From Arenicellales bacterium (lineage in GTDB: Bacteria; Pseudomonadota; Gammaproteobacteria; Arenicellales; JAJDZL01): a stretch of DNA of 64,000 nucleotides. How positions within the stretch are numbered: position 1 is the first letter of the stretch; each line of letters starts with the position of its first letter. The stretch is taken from NCBI GenBank assembly GCA_951813075.1, contig OX638343.1, positions 550,149-614,148 on the forward strand, read 5' to 3'. A program made the translations under genes and the position numbers. The notes beneath the pieces were generated by a model, which was not told the DNA's origin, did not search any database, and worked only from the letters and a program-made list of their open reading frames with translations. Shown piece after piece: positions 1 through 9,467 of this stretch.

Positions 1-1801
1 GCTTGCCAGACAAATATTGGCCGGTCAGTGAATTCGGGCAGTTTTCCACGTCTTTCAGCGTTCCCTGAACCAGGACCTCACCGCCTTGAGCGCCAGCTCT
101 TGGTCCCAGGTCAACGATATAGTCAGCACTTCTTATGGTCGTTTCATCGTGCTCGACGACGACCAGCGTATTGCCCAGATTACGCAAGCGGTTCAGGGTA
201 TTCAGTAGCTTCGTATTGTCTCGCTCATGAAGTCCAATTGAAGGTTCGTCAAGAACATAAGTGACGCCCACCAATCCCGAACCGATCTGAGATGCCAGTC
301 TGATTCTTTGGAGTTCGCCACCAGATAGTGTAGATGTTGCTCTATCCAGTGAAACATACGTAAGACCGACATCGGCAAGAAACTGCAGCCGATGGGTAAT
401 GTCCCTGACAATGCGTTCCGCAACCGGAACACTCTGCCGGTCGTAGTTCATCTTCTTGAACCGCTCGATCGTTTCGGCAATATTCAGATTCGTCAGTTCA
501 TGGATCGCCATTTCATCGACAAAAACGTTACGGGGACCCAATGCCAATCTTGCACCCTGACAGGTGTTGCAAGGTGTCGTTACCTGATATTTGGAAAGCT
601 CGTCCTTGATGGCATCGGACGTGGTTTCCCGATACCGTCGCTCGAAATTTGGGACCACGCCTTCAAATGGTCTGAAACTTCGATATACCCGCCCATTCGA
701 ACTCGTATACCGCATGGCGATCTTGTCTGCTCCACTGCCATACAGTACGAGATTCTGGATCGTTTCAGGCAGGCTGGCAAACGGTGATTCAAGATCGAAA
801 CTATAGTGTTTGGCCAAAGACTCCAGCATACTGTAGTAGTAGCCATGCCGGGTATTCCATTCCGCCAGGGCACCTGATGCAATACTGGATTCGGGGGATA
901 TCACAATCTTCCCAGGATCAAAATTGAACATTTGCCCGAGGCCTTTGCATTCGGGGCAGGCACCCATAGGATTGTTGAACGAGAAAATTCTCGGCTCGAG
1001 TTCATCTAAAACGTAGCCGCAGTAAGGACAACCAAAATTCGCGCTGAAAACTCTACCATCGGTATCGATCGACCCATCCTGGTAAATCTTTGCGCATATC
1101 ACAAGACCTTCTGAAAGTCCAACGGCGGTCTCGATCGAATCGGTAAGACGTATACGTGTGTTGTCAGATGGAATCAAGCGATCGACGATTACCTCTACAG
1201 TGTTTTTTATGTTGCGATCAAGTTTCGGTACACGCTCGATTTCGTAGACTTCACCATTGATTCTAAGTCGAACATACCCCAGTCGTTTCATTTTGGCGAT
1301 GACTTGTTCATGTTCACCTTTTTTGTCACGCACAATTGGTGCAATGATTGCAGTTCTGGAATTCTGTGGCAATGACAGTGCCTGATCGACAATTTCGGCG
1401 ATTGATTTTGCCGAAAGTACGGTCTTATGCTGCGGGCACTTCGGTTCTCCGATTCTGGCATAGAGCAATCGGAGATAGTCATAAATCTCCGTCACTGTAC
1501 CAACTGTCGAACGGGGACTGTATCGGGTTGCCTGCTGATTAATGCTGATCGCAGGGGATAATCCTTCAATTGAATCAACGTCAGGCTTGTCCTTCAGGGC
1601 GAGGAACTGTCTTGCATAGGCCGAAAGAGACTCCACGTATCGCCGTTGTCCTTCTGCGTAGATTGTGTCAAACGCAAGCGAAGATTTACCGGAACCGGAA
1701 AGTCCGGTAATGACATTGAGTTTGTCACGCGGGAGATCAATTGAAATATTTTTCAGGTTATGCGTTCTGGCACCCCTGACCGTGATTTTTCCTGACGACA
1801 T
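1..1801 (-). CDS. uvrA: excinuclease ABC subunit UvrA (N-terminal ~600 codons; 3' end runs off the window)
   Basis: The reverse-strand translation from the ATG at 1801-1799 reads [67 protein letters not shown], which includes the Walker A motif. Further in-frame stretches read [19 protein letters not shown] (around 1498) and [19 protein letters not shown] (around 300). It is absent from the ORF track because it is open to the window edge. Confidence 0.95.
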   Translation of the reverse strand, partial: MSSGKITVRGARTHNLKNISIDLPRDKLNVITGLSGSGKSSLAFDTIYAEGQRRYVESLSAYARQFLALKDKPDVDSIEGLSPAISINQQATRYSPRSTVGTVTEIYDYLRLLYARIGEPKCPQHKTVLSAKSIAEIVDQALSLPQNSRTAIIAPIVRDKKGEHEQVIAKMKRLGYVRLRINGEVYEIERVPKLDRNIKNTVEVIVDRLIPSDNTRIRLTDSIETAVGLSEGLVICAKIYQDGSIDTDGRVFSANFGCPYCGYVLDELEPRIFSFNNPMGACPECKGLGQMFNFDPGKIVISPESSIASGALAEWNTRHGYYYSMLESLAKHYSFDLESPFASLPETIQNLVLYGSGADKIAMRYTSSNGRVYRSFRPFEGVVPNFERRYRETTSDAIKDELSKYQVTTPCNTCQGARLALGPRNVFVDEMAIHELTNLNIAETIERFKKMNYDRQSVPVAERIVRDITHRLQFLADVGLTYVSLDRATSTLSGGELQRIRLASQIGSGLVGVTYVLDEPSIGLHERDNTKLLNTLNRLRNLGNTLVVVEHDETTIRSADYIVDLGPRAGAQGGEVLVQGTLKDVENCPNSLTGQYLSGK

Positions 1802-1875
1802 CAGCAATTCCTGTTAAAAAATGCAAAACCTGTTAATATTAACCGCTTTGAACTCGGCTGGCAAAATAAATCCAA

Positions 1876-3069
1876 GTGCAACAGGAAGGTTTCACGAAAT
1901 TCGAGAGAAAATCGGTTGTCTCGCTGGCTGCCGTTCTGGCTCTGCGCCTCATCGGATTGTTCATGATTCTGCCAGTGCTGGCGTTACACGCCGATGATTT
2001 TATCGGTTCCACCCCAATTCTTATCGGCATAGCACTGGGCATATATGGATTGACCCAAGCACTGTTGCAGGTGCCTTTTGGTGCAGCTTCTGATCGATGG
2101 GGACGAAAGCCGATCCTCGTACTGGGTCTGGTGATTTTTGCAATGGGCAGTGTCATTGCGGCTGAATCAACGACCATATACGGTGTGATCGCGGGTAGGG
2201 CATTGCAGGGCGGCGGTGCGATTGCAGCAGTTGTGCTTGCATTTGTGGGGGACCTAACCCGAGAAGCGCAACGAACCAAGGCAATGGCAATAATCGGGGT
2301 GTCGATTGGTACCGCTTTTACCTTGGCTCTGATATTGGGACCATCTCTGAACTATGTCGCAGGACTGCGTGGTTTGTTCTGGCTGGCCGCAGTCATGGCG
2401 ATTGTTGGTTTGATTCTGGTTTGGAAGGCTGTACCGCCTTCATCGGCGCCATCCAACACCGATTCCAACGACCATCTATTTACAAACCTGAAAACCGCAT
2501 TGTCCAATCGGAAACTTTTTCGGCTTTACTCCGGTACATTGGCGCTCCATGCTGCGATGACATCACTGTTTCTGGCTTTCCCGATTGAACTTGTCGAAGC
2601 TTCAGGACTTGCGCGCACCAGTACCTGGAAAGTGTATGCTCCGGTGTTTCTTCTGTCATTCGTAATGATGATTCCGCTGATTCGAATAGGATCGAAAAAG
2701 GAACGCTCCCGTCCAGTCATGCTTTGCGCAGCATCGTTGATTGTCATCGCACTCATTGGGCTGGTTGCAGGTTCGCAATCGAGTAGTCTTGCACTGCTGA
2801 TTTGCAGTTTGTGGCTGTTTTTTGTTGGCTTTAATACACTCGAGGCGATTTTTCCTTCTACGACCGTTTCTGCCGCAGATTCTGGTATGCGAGGCATGGT
2901 GATGGGTGTATTCAACACGTGTACATTTTCCGGTGCATTTATAGGTGGCGTCGTCGGCGGTTTCACCTACGGTGGTTTCGGCGCGACAGGCGTTTTTCTA
3001 GTGGCAGGAATTGTTATACTGCTATGGATATTCACCGATTGTATCGTGTCGGCACGAAGTCGGCATTGA
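1876..3069 (+). CDS. MFS transporter
   Basis: The 397-aa ORF is very hydrophobic with about 12 predicted TM segments. It carries the MFS loop motif GAASDRWGRKPIL. The position between uvrA and ssb matches the arrangement known in pseudomonads. The start is a GTG. Confidence 0.85.
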   Translation: MQQEGFTKFERKSVVSLAAVLALRLIGLFMILPVLALHADDFIGSTPILIGIALGIYGLTQALLQVPFGAASDRWGRKPILVLGLVIFAMGSVIAAESTTIYGVIAGRALQGGGAIAAVVLAFVGDLTREAQRTKAMAIIGVSIGTAFTLALILGPSLNYVAGLRGLFWLAAVMAIVGLILVWKAVPPSSAPSNTDSNDHLFTNLKTALSNRKLFRLYSGTLALHAAMTSLFLAFPIELVEASGLARTSTWKVYAPVFLLSFVMMIPLIRIGSKKERSRPVMLCAASLIVIALIGLVAGSQSSSLALLICSLWLFFVGFNTLEAIFPSTTVSAADSGMRGMVMGVFNTCTFSGAFIGGVVGGFTYGGFGATGVFLVAGIVILLWIFTDCIVSARSRH

Positions 3070-3135
3070 GGTGACTTTGAATCGAAAATAAAGCTGGGCA
3101 CACCAATGAGCAACACTTTAATTTCGGAGAATAAA

Positions 3136-3627
3136 ATGGCAGGCAGTGTGAATAAAGCAATTATTGTTGGACGTTTGGGCGCCGACCCTGAACAACGTAG
3201 GACACAGAACGGATTATTGGTTGTCAATTGCAACGTGGCCACCAATGAAAGATCGCCGGATCAGGATTCCAACGAATGGAAGGATCGGACGGAATGGCAT
3301 CGGGTTGTATTTTTTGGAAAACTTGCAGAAATCGTGAGTCGATATCTTCGAAAAGGCAGTCTGGTATATGTAGAAGGACGATTGCAAACCCGAAAATGGC
3401 AGGATTCACGAACCGGACATGATCGATACTCGACTGAGATTATCGCCCGGGATATGACGATGCTGGATTCTCGAGGCGAAGGAAGAAGCGATAGTTACGG
3501 TGGTTCCAGACCATCCGACCATGACCAGTCCAGTGCTGTTGACAGTGAATCGCGTGATTCTCAACCCGTCAGTTCAAGCAGTAATTCAGACTTTCCCGAA
3601 GATCCGGCTGAAGATATCCCTTGGTAG
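3136..3627 (+). CDS. ssb: single-stranded DNA-binding protein
   Basis: The sequence MAGSVNKAIIVGRLGADPEQRRTQNG... forms an OB fold, followed by a disordered Gly/Ser/Asp tail and an acidic tip EDIPW. I chose the internal ATG at 3136, which has a GGAGA motif 8 nt upstream, over the ORF-track start at 3106. Confidence 0.93.
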   Translation: MAGSVNKAIIVGRLGADPEQRRTQNGLLVVNCNVATNERSPDQDSNEWKDRTEWHRVVFFGKLAEIVSRYLRKGSLVYVEGRLQTRKWQDSRTGHDRYSTEIIARDMTMLDSRGEGRSDSYGGSRPSDHDQSSAVDSESRDSQPVSSSSNSDFPEDPAEDIPW

Positions 3628-3658
3628 GCCCGATCTTCTTCGATTTCTGTATCCCGGA

Positions 3659-4147
3659 TTAACAAGCATCAAGCGCATTCCGGGCGCGTAACTTGGCTGC
3701 GATATATTCCGTCTGCGGAATATGGAGTAGTCCCTTGATCTTCCGCATCAGGTGTTGTTCGTGTGCATCGAGATGCTGATCGCTCAGTACGACTTTCCAC
3801 ATGCTCTCAATCAACTTGATTTTGTCTTTGACCGTCCAGTTCTGATTGATAATTCTGGTAATCTCATGCAAGCAGGTTGCATGGTCCAGTTGCTTCTGAG
3901 CTTCGCGGACAATTTGCTTGATGTTTTCCGTGTCCACACCGAAGTTGTTGACCAGCGAAAGCTCAATCTGCTCCAGTTCTTCAGCGTCGATCTGACTGTC
4001 TGCCTGTGCGGCCTCCAGCAACAGCGCTGCTGCCGCGTTATATGTCAGTTCAACGCCTTCACTCTGCGCGATATCATCTTCGGCAGAAAGAAAATTCTCG
4101 AGATTTTTTCTAAGGTTCGAAAGTATCAATACGACATCCGGTTCCAA
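3659..4147 (-). CDS. TerB-family (tellurite-resistance TerB / DjlA N-terminal-like) protein
   Basis: The 162-aa protein is helical and acidic. The stretch DKIKLIESMWKVVLSDQHLDAHEQHLMRKIKGLLHIPQTEYIAAK resembles the TerB fold signature. The assignment is at family level only. Confidence 0.65.
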   Translation of the reverse strand: MEPDVVLILSNLRKNLENFLSAEDDIAQSEGVELTYNAAAALLLEAAQADSQIDAEELEQIELSLVNNFGVDTENIKQIVREAQKQLDHATCLHEITRIINQNWTVKDKIKLIESMWKVVLSDQHLDAHEQHLMRKIKGLLHIPQTEYIAAKLRARNALDAC

Positions 4148-4441
4148 AAAAGCAATTCATTGCAGTAATTTTACAATTTTCAACAATTTTCGCTCTGTTC
4201 GCAAGAGAAGATTAACTTAATCGTGTCCGACAATACCCGAAGTGCCACTAACAATCAAATGCTGGCGAGTGTATATAATGCCGTCCGATTTCAATTGAAA
4301 ATGATCGGTCATATTAATTCCACCGGAAGCATGGTATCCGGTCGACCGAAACAATCAGATACAGACAATCATTTGCCAAGCGACCTGCATATCAATCATA
4401 GCATTCATTTCTGTTATTCCGACCGAGCATAAATTTCGAAT

Positions 4442-5401
4442 ATGACCAGTCACAACAATGCGGTTGACAGACTGAAAATCGGTGTGATTGGAGCCGGTTT
4501 CATGGGTGAACTTCACGCATCCCACTATGTGGCGAACGATGCCGTTGAATTGATTGGAATCGCTGACATTGTCCCTGAAAGAGCACAGGAAACGGCTGCA
4601 AAATTCCATTGCGAGTGGTATGAGAATTCAGAAATTCTGACTGAGAAAGTCGATGCGGTGAGTATCGCGGTACCATCGACCGCGCACTACGACGTCGCTG
4701 AGATGTGTCTGCGCAGAAAAGTACACGTCCTGATTGAGAAACCCCTGGCTTCGTCTCTGCAGGAAGCTGAATCCATCGTTAAACTGGCCAAGAGCAGTGG
4801 GGTGACATGCATGGTGGGGCATCAGGAGCGCTTCAATCCCGCAATTATGGAAGCCTCCAACATCGTGGTTCAGCCCAAATACGTCGAAGCACACAGGCAA
4901 GGTCGATTCGGTGGTCGCGGTGGTGATGTTGATGTAATCAATGATCTGATGATTCACGATATCGACCTGGCGCTTGCATTCGTCAAAGCGCCTGTTACAA
5001 GTGTTTCCGCACTGGGTACATCCGTTGTGACTTCGCATGTCGATGTCGTCAATGCGCAAATTGAATTTGAGAATGGCGCGGTCGCAAATGTAACTGCCTC
5101 CCGGGTTGCGGTTGAACGACAAAGAATTTTTCAAGTCTACTCGCATCATCAATATATGGAGCTTGATCTGCTCAACCAGACAATGGTCATCAGGACAACC
5201 AAAGAAAACAACGAATACGATGGTGAGGCTGTGACAGTCGAGTCAAAAGTTGACGTCACGCCTAACATTACCTTGAAAACGGAAATCAACCACTATGTGG
5301 AAATTCTTCGTAACGGTGGCACGCCGCATGTTACCGTTGAGGATGGATTGTCCGCGATGAAGGTTGCTGAATTGGTGCGAGCGCAGGTCAATCAAGATTG
5401 A
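4442..5401 (+). CDS. Gfo/Idh/MocA family NAD(P)-dependent sugar oxidoreductase
   Basis: The N-terminal Rossmann motif is KIGVIGAGFMGELHA, and EKPLA and GHQERFNP motifs are present. It is 319 aa long and overlaps the downstream aminotransferase gene by 4 nt. Confidence 0.85.
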   Translation: MTSHNNAVDRLKIGVIGAGFMGELHASHYVANDAVELIGIADIVPERAQETAAKFHCEWYENSEILTEKVDAVSIAVPSTAHYDVAEMCLRRKVHVLIEKPLASSLQEAESIVKLAKSSGVTCMVGHQERFNPAIMEASNIVVQPKYVEAHRQGRFGGRGGDVDVINDLMIHDIDLALAFVKAPVTSVSALGTSVVTSHVDVVNAQIEFENGAVANVTASRVAVERQRIFQVYSHHQYMELDLLNQTMVIRTTKENNEYDGEAVTVESKVDVTPNITLKTEINHYVEILRNGGTPHVTVEDGLSAMKVAELVRAQVNQD

Positions 5402-6513
5402 AAACCTCCGAAGAGACGATTCCATATTTCGATCTGACCGGTCAGTTTGCCATGGTCAGAGAAGAGTGGTTTAGAGAAATTAACCGTTTAGGTCGTAGCG
5501 GCAATTTCATATTAGGTGATGCAATCAATCAGTTTGAAACTTGCTTTGCCGACTATCTCGGAGTGAAACATGCGGTTTCAGTGTCGAGTGGAACAGATGC
5601 CATTTCGCTGGCATTGAAAGCTCTGGGTGTGGGTTCGGGCGACTCGGTAATCGTTCCCGACTTCACGTTCTTTGCGACGGCGGAGGCCATATCTCTCGTT
5701 GGCGCGACACCTATCTTTGTCGATATTAACCCGATTGATTTCAATATCGATGTGAGCAAAATTGAATCCGCAATTCGCGCCGACACAAAAGCCATATTGC
5801 CCGTTCATCTTTTCGGAGCACCAGCGAATCTCGATCCGATTCTGGAATTGGCGTCAAAAAAGAGCATCGCAGTCATTGAGGACGCGGCTCAGGCGTTCAG
5901 TGCAAGAATTGGCGGGAGTTGCGTCGGGAGCATCGGACACGCTGGCTGTTTCAGTTTTTATCCGACCAAGGTGTTAGGCGCTTTCGGAGATGGCGGTTTG
6001 GTCACAACCAACGACAGTCAGGTCGCTGACCAATTGACACTGCTGCGCAACCATGGTTTGACAGGACCCAATATTCATTCCTTGATCGGGTGCACCAGCC
6101 GGTTGAACTGCGTCCAGGCAACACTACTGTTGATCAAACTGAATTCAATTGACGAAAAGATCAAATCTCGACATGAAATTACAAGAATCTATTTCGAACA
6201 GCTGGCGGGGCTTGATCTGGTATTGCCGCGGCAACAGCGGGGAACAACTCACGCATATAACATCTTTACTGTCAGAAGCCGGTTGAGAGACAATATTGCG
6301 CAAGCTTTGAAAATCCACAACATCGGACACCAGATCTACTATCCGATGCCGTTACACAAACAGCCACCTTATCACCATTTGGGGTACACAGACGCCGAGT
6401 TTCCCGAATCAATGAGAGCTGCTGACGAAGTAATATCATTACCGTTTTATCCAGAGATGCCTCGATCACATGTTGATCGAATATGTGCGGTTATTCGCGA
6501 TGTCATCGGTTAG
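5398..6513 (+). CDS. DegT/DnrJ/EryC1/StrS family PLP-dependent sugar aminotransferase
   Basis: The 371-aa ORF contains SSGTDAISLALKALGVGSGD, EDAAQAF, and FSFYPTKVLGAFGDGG with the PLP lysine. The start is a TTG overlapping the upstream stop codon. Confidence 0.9.
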   Translation: MKTSEETIPYFDLTGQFAMVREEWFREINRLGRSGNFILGDAINQFETCFADYLGVKHAVSVSSGTDAISLALKALGVGSGDSVIVPDFTFFATAEAISLVGATPIFVDINPIDFNIDVSKIESAIRADTKAILPVHLFGAPANLDPILELASKKSIAVIEDAAQAFSARIGGSCVGSIGHAGCFSFYPTKVLGAFGDGGLVTTNDSQVADQLTLLRNHGLTGPNIHSLIGCTSRLNCVQATLLLIKLNSIDEKIKSRHEITRIYFEQLAGLDLVLPRQQRGTTHAYNIFTVRSRLRDNIAQALKIHNIGHQIYYPMPLHKQPPYHHLGYTDAEFPESMRAADEVISLPFYPEMPRSHVDRICAVIRDVIG

Positions 6514-7000
6514 ACTGACCACACTTCTGAGTGTATTTGTCTTGCTGTCCGCGGCGAATGTCTGGGCAGACAAAGATTGCAAGCTCGCAACTCCGCAGTG
6601 GTCTGAAATGGATATAAAAACTGTAAAGCTTCGGCGCGACGACGGTGAAGTGATCAAGATCAGGTCTCGAATTGCTGATAGCCCCCGTGAAAGAGCAGCC
6701 GGATTCCAGCACATCTGTCCACAGATCATTCACTTGAGTTCAATTCTGTTTGTTTACGAATCACCCACCAGTGCCAGTTTCCACATGTCAAATGTGCATG
6801 ACAGTCTGGATATTGGGTTCTTTGACCAAGACCGCAAGCTTATTACGGTTCTGCGAATGACTCCACAGAAACTCGAGAAAGAATCTGCCAATTTGTATAG
6901 CATAGGCTCTAAAGAATTTGTGCACGCGTTGGAGGCTCGAGCCGATTTTTTCGCCGATCATGGTTTGAAACCGGACAAGACAACTCTTGTATTTCCGTAG
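6500..7000 (+). CDS. DUF192 domain-containing secreted protein
   Basis: The signal peptide MSSVRLTTLLSVFVLLSAANVWA is followed by a DUF192-like core (ADSPRERAAGFQH ... SLDIGFFD). I preferred the internal ATG at 6500 to the start at 6470. Confidence 0.7.
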   Translation: MSSVRLTTLLSVFVLLSAANVWADKDCKLATPQWSEMDIKTVKLRRDDGEVIKIRSRIADSPRERAAGFQHICPQIIHLSSILFVYESPTSASFHMSNVHDSLDIGFFDQDRKLITVLRMTPQKLEKESANLYSIGSKEFVHALEARADFFADHGLKPDKTTLVFP

Positions 7001-7079
7001 AATCTGATAGTTCAAGATTACCGGCTTTCATGTCAGCGTATATCAGCACAAGATAGAATCTAATTTTTTGGAGGGAGCA

Positions 7080-7871
7080 ATGAACGCCGTTGTCACCGTG
7101 AATACTGAAGGGGTGTATCGCATCAAGATGAACCGCCCCAAACAGTTCAACGCTTTGAATCGAGATATGCTTGAAGGACTGACTGAAGCCTTTGATGAGG
7201 TGAGGCACGACTCAAGCGTGCGCTGTGTCGTGCTTTGCGGGGAGGGAGCGAATTTCATGGCAGGTGGAGACATCCAGTATTTTTACGAACTGCGTGATCT
7301 GGATCAGGATTCCAAAATTAACGCATTCAATTCACTTATATCGGATGTCCACGATTTTGTCGAAAATATGGCGTCGTTACCCGTTCCTGTGATCGCTAGC
7401 ATACGCGGTGCTGCTGCCGGATTTGGTATCAGTCTGGTTGCTGGTAGCGACTTGGCAATCGCGTCGAGAGACTCTTTCTACACTTCCGCCTATAACCTTC
7501 TTGGCACATCTCCCGACGGTGGCAGCACCTACTATCTGCCAAGGTCGGTTGGCATGAAAAAGTCCATGGAAATTACTCTACTGACTAAACGCTATAGTGC
7601 CCATGAAGCCCTGGAAATGGGATTGATCAATATGTTGGTTGAAGACGATGACCTCGAAAATACAACCGCGAAGACGGCCGCCACGATTGTCAGTTCAGCG
7701 AGATCAGCGGTTGCCAATGCGAAACATCTGATCCGACAGTCATTCAACAATGACATAAGCTCGCAGTTGAAATCGGAACTGGATTGCTTTCTTGAATGTG
7801 TAGCAAAAGACGATTTTTTTGAAGGCGTGGCGGCATTTGTCGAAAAACGCAAACCGCGATTTGCGCGTTGA
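7080..7871 (+). CDS. enoyl-CoA hydratase/isomerase (crotonase) family protein
   Basis: Crotonase motifs are present: RPKQFNALN, VVLCGEGANFMAGGDI and VIASIRGAAAGFGISL. The ATG at 7080 follows a GGAGGGA motif. Confidence 0.85.
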   Translation: MNAVVTVNTEGVYRIKMNRPKQFNALNRDMLEGLTEAFDEVRHDSSVRCVVLCGEGANFMAGGDIQYFYELRDLDQDSKINAFNSLISDVHDFVENMASLPVPVIASIRGAAAGFGISLVAGSDLAIASRDSFYTSAYNLLGTSPDGGSTYYLPRSVGMKKSMEITLLTKRYSAHEALEMGLINMLVEDDDLENTTAKTAATIVSSARSAVANAKHLIRQSFNNDISSQLKSELDCFLECVAKDDFFEGVAAFVEKRKPRFAR

Positions 7872-8023
7872 CATGATTTCCCAGCAACCAATATGAAACA
7901 ACTTAAAAACGACTTGAGAAATCAGACAATGAGAGTAAAATATTGGCACTCCGGCACCACACCTAACTCCTTGCCTTGCCAAAGCCGGTAGTTCGAGGCT
8001 GATAATCCGAGAGGAGACATAAA

Positions 8024-8659
8024 TTGCGTCATTACGAGATTGTCGCACTGGTTCATCCTGATCAGAGTGCGCGAATAGAAGAAATTGTTGCCAGATATCG
8101 AATGATTGTCGAAGATTCTGGTGGCAAGGTTCATCGTCAAGAATATTGGGGGCGGCGAAAACTCGCCTACCCAATCAAGAAAATCTACAAAGCTGATTAC
8201 TTCCTTCTGAATGTTGAATGTGATCCTTCAGTCAAGGATAAAATTGAAAATGATTTCAAATACTATGATTCTATTCTCCGCAGCCTTTGCATAAGAAAAG
8301 ATAAGGCGATCACAGAACAGTCAGCAATCATGACAAAATTGCTCAAGCAGGAAGAAGAGGAGAGACAGGCAAAGGAGCGTGAAGCAGCGGAGATGGAACG
8401 CCTGAGAGTTGAAGAATCAGCCAGGGCGGCTGCGCAAGAAGCAGAGAAGGTAAGAGCTGCTGAAGCAGAAAAGGAAAGAGTTGCTGAAGCAGAAAAAGAA
8501 AGTGCCGCTGAAGCAGAGAACGAAATTGCCGCTGAAGCAGAGAATGACAACACCGAACAAGGTGATGTCGTCGACGAAAGTCAATCTGAAGCCAATGGAG
8601 CGGAAGAAAAACAAGCAGAATCTGAAACAGAATCTGAAGAAAAGGAGGCGACAGTATGA
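8024..8659 (+). CDS. rpsF: 30S ribosomal protein S6 with a long acidic repeat tail
   Basis: The N-terminus reads [15 protein letters not shown]...[11 protein letters not shown]. The start is a TTG preceded by GAGAGGA. At 211 aa it is much longer than a typical S6 of ~130-140 aa. Confidence 0.95.
   Translation: MRHYEIVALVHPDQSARIEEIVARYRMIVEDSGGKVHRQEYWGRRKLAYPIKKIYKADYFLLNVECDPSVKDKIENDFKYYDSILRSLCIRKDKAITEQSAIMTKLLKQEEEERQAKEREAAEMERLRVEESARAAAQEAEKVRAAEAEKERVAEAEKESAAEAENEIAAEAENDNTEQGDVVDESQSEANGAEEKQAESETESEEKEATV
8459..8554 (+). repeat. four tandem 24-bp repeats inside the rpsF tail ([32 protein letters not shown])
   Basis: The repeat unit gctgaagcaga(a/g)aa... occurs four times in phase with the reading frame, at 8459, 8483, 8507 and 8531. 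Confidence 0.85.
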
Positions 8660-8880
8660 ACCGACGCTATAGAAGCCGAAGATACTGCCAGTTCACAGCA
8701 GCTGGAATCAAGGAAGTCGACTATAAGGATCTGGATATGCTTGAAGGATTCATTTCGGAATCCGGAAAAATTAATCCAAGCCGAAGTACCGGCACTAAAG
8801 CACGTTATCAAAGGCAACTCGCTCGTGCAATAAAGCGTGCGAGGTATCTGGCCCTTATCGGTTATACCGATTCTCATTAA
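8656..8880 (+). CDS. rpsR: 30S ribosomal protein S18
   Basis: The sequence [43 protein letters not shown]...[12 protein letters not shown] is S18. It overlaps the rpsF stop by 4 nt, and there is no priB between them. Confidence 0.95.
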   Translation: MNRRYRSRRYCQFTAAGIKEVDYKDLDMLEGFISESGKINPSRSTGTKARYQRQLARAIKRARYLALIGYTDSH

Positions 8881-8894
8881 ACCGGGAGAATACC

Positions 8895-9467
8895 ATGGAA
8901 GTGATATTGCTTGAAGCGGTACAAAAACTTGGACAGCTGGGTGATACCGTACAGGTTAAGTCCGGCTATGCGCGCAACTATCTGATCCCACAGAAAAAGG
9001 CCGTTAAAGCCACCGCGGAAGCATTGGCAAAAGTTGGAGAGCGTCGTGCCCAGCTAGTCAAGGAAGAGAAAGATCGCCTGGATGTCGCGAAGGCCCGCGC
9101 CGATGCGGCTGTCAAGACACTTCACATCACCAAGCATGTCGTTGATGAGACCGGCAAACTGTTCGGTTCGGTATCGACTACGGAAATCATTGACAAGGCT
9201 GCAGAAGCCGGCACTGAAATTCTCAGGTCAGAAATTGATATGCCGGGTGGATTGATCAAGGTGACCGGAGAACACGTCATCACTGTGAGAGTTCATCCTG
9301 AAGTGAGTTTCGAAATGACTCTCGTCGTTGAAGCCGACTCACTGGAACCATCTGTCGATACATTGCTTGAAGAAAGTGACGATACAGATGAAGTCGATGA
9401 AACACATGCGACCGATGCATCCGAAGCTGACGATCAGGCTCCGGTCGAGGAGACAGCAGATAAGTGA
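8895..9467 (+). CDS. rplI: 50S ribosomal protein L9 with an acidic C-terminal extension
   Basis: The N-terminus reads MEVILLEAVQKLGQLGDTVQVKSGYARNYLIPQKKAV. At 190 aa it is longer than a typical L9 of ~150 aa. Confidence 0.95.
   Translation: MEVILLEAVQKLGQLGDTVQVKSGYARNYLIPQKKAVKATAEALAKVGERRAQLVKEEKDRLDVAKARADAAVKTLHITKHVVDETGKLFGSVSTTEIIDKAAEAGTEILRSEIDMPGGLIKVTGEHVITVRVHPEVSFEMTLVVEADSLEPSVDTLLEESDDTDEVDETHATDASEADDQAPVEETADK

Noticed and set aside
4223-4432. A 69-aa ORF in the TerB / oxidoreductase intergenic region.
   Set aside because: There is no RBS or motif, and its composition is typical of the surrounding non-coding DNA. It is more likely a divergent promoter region.
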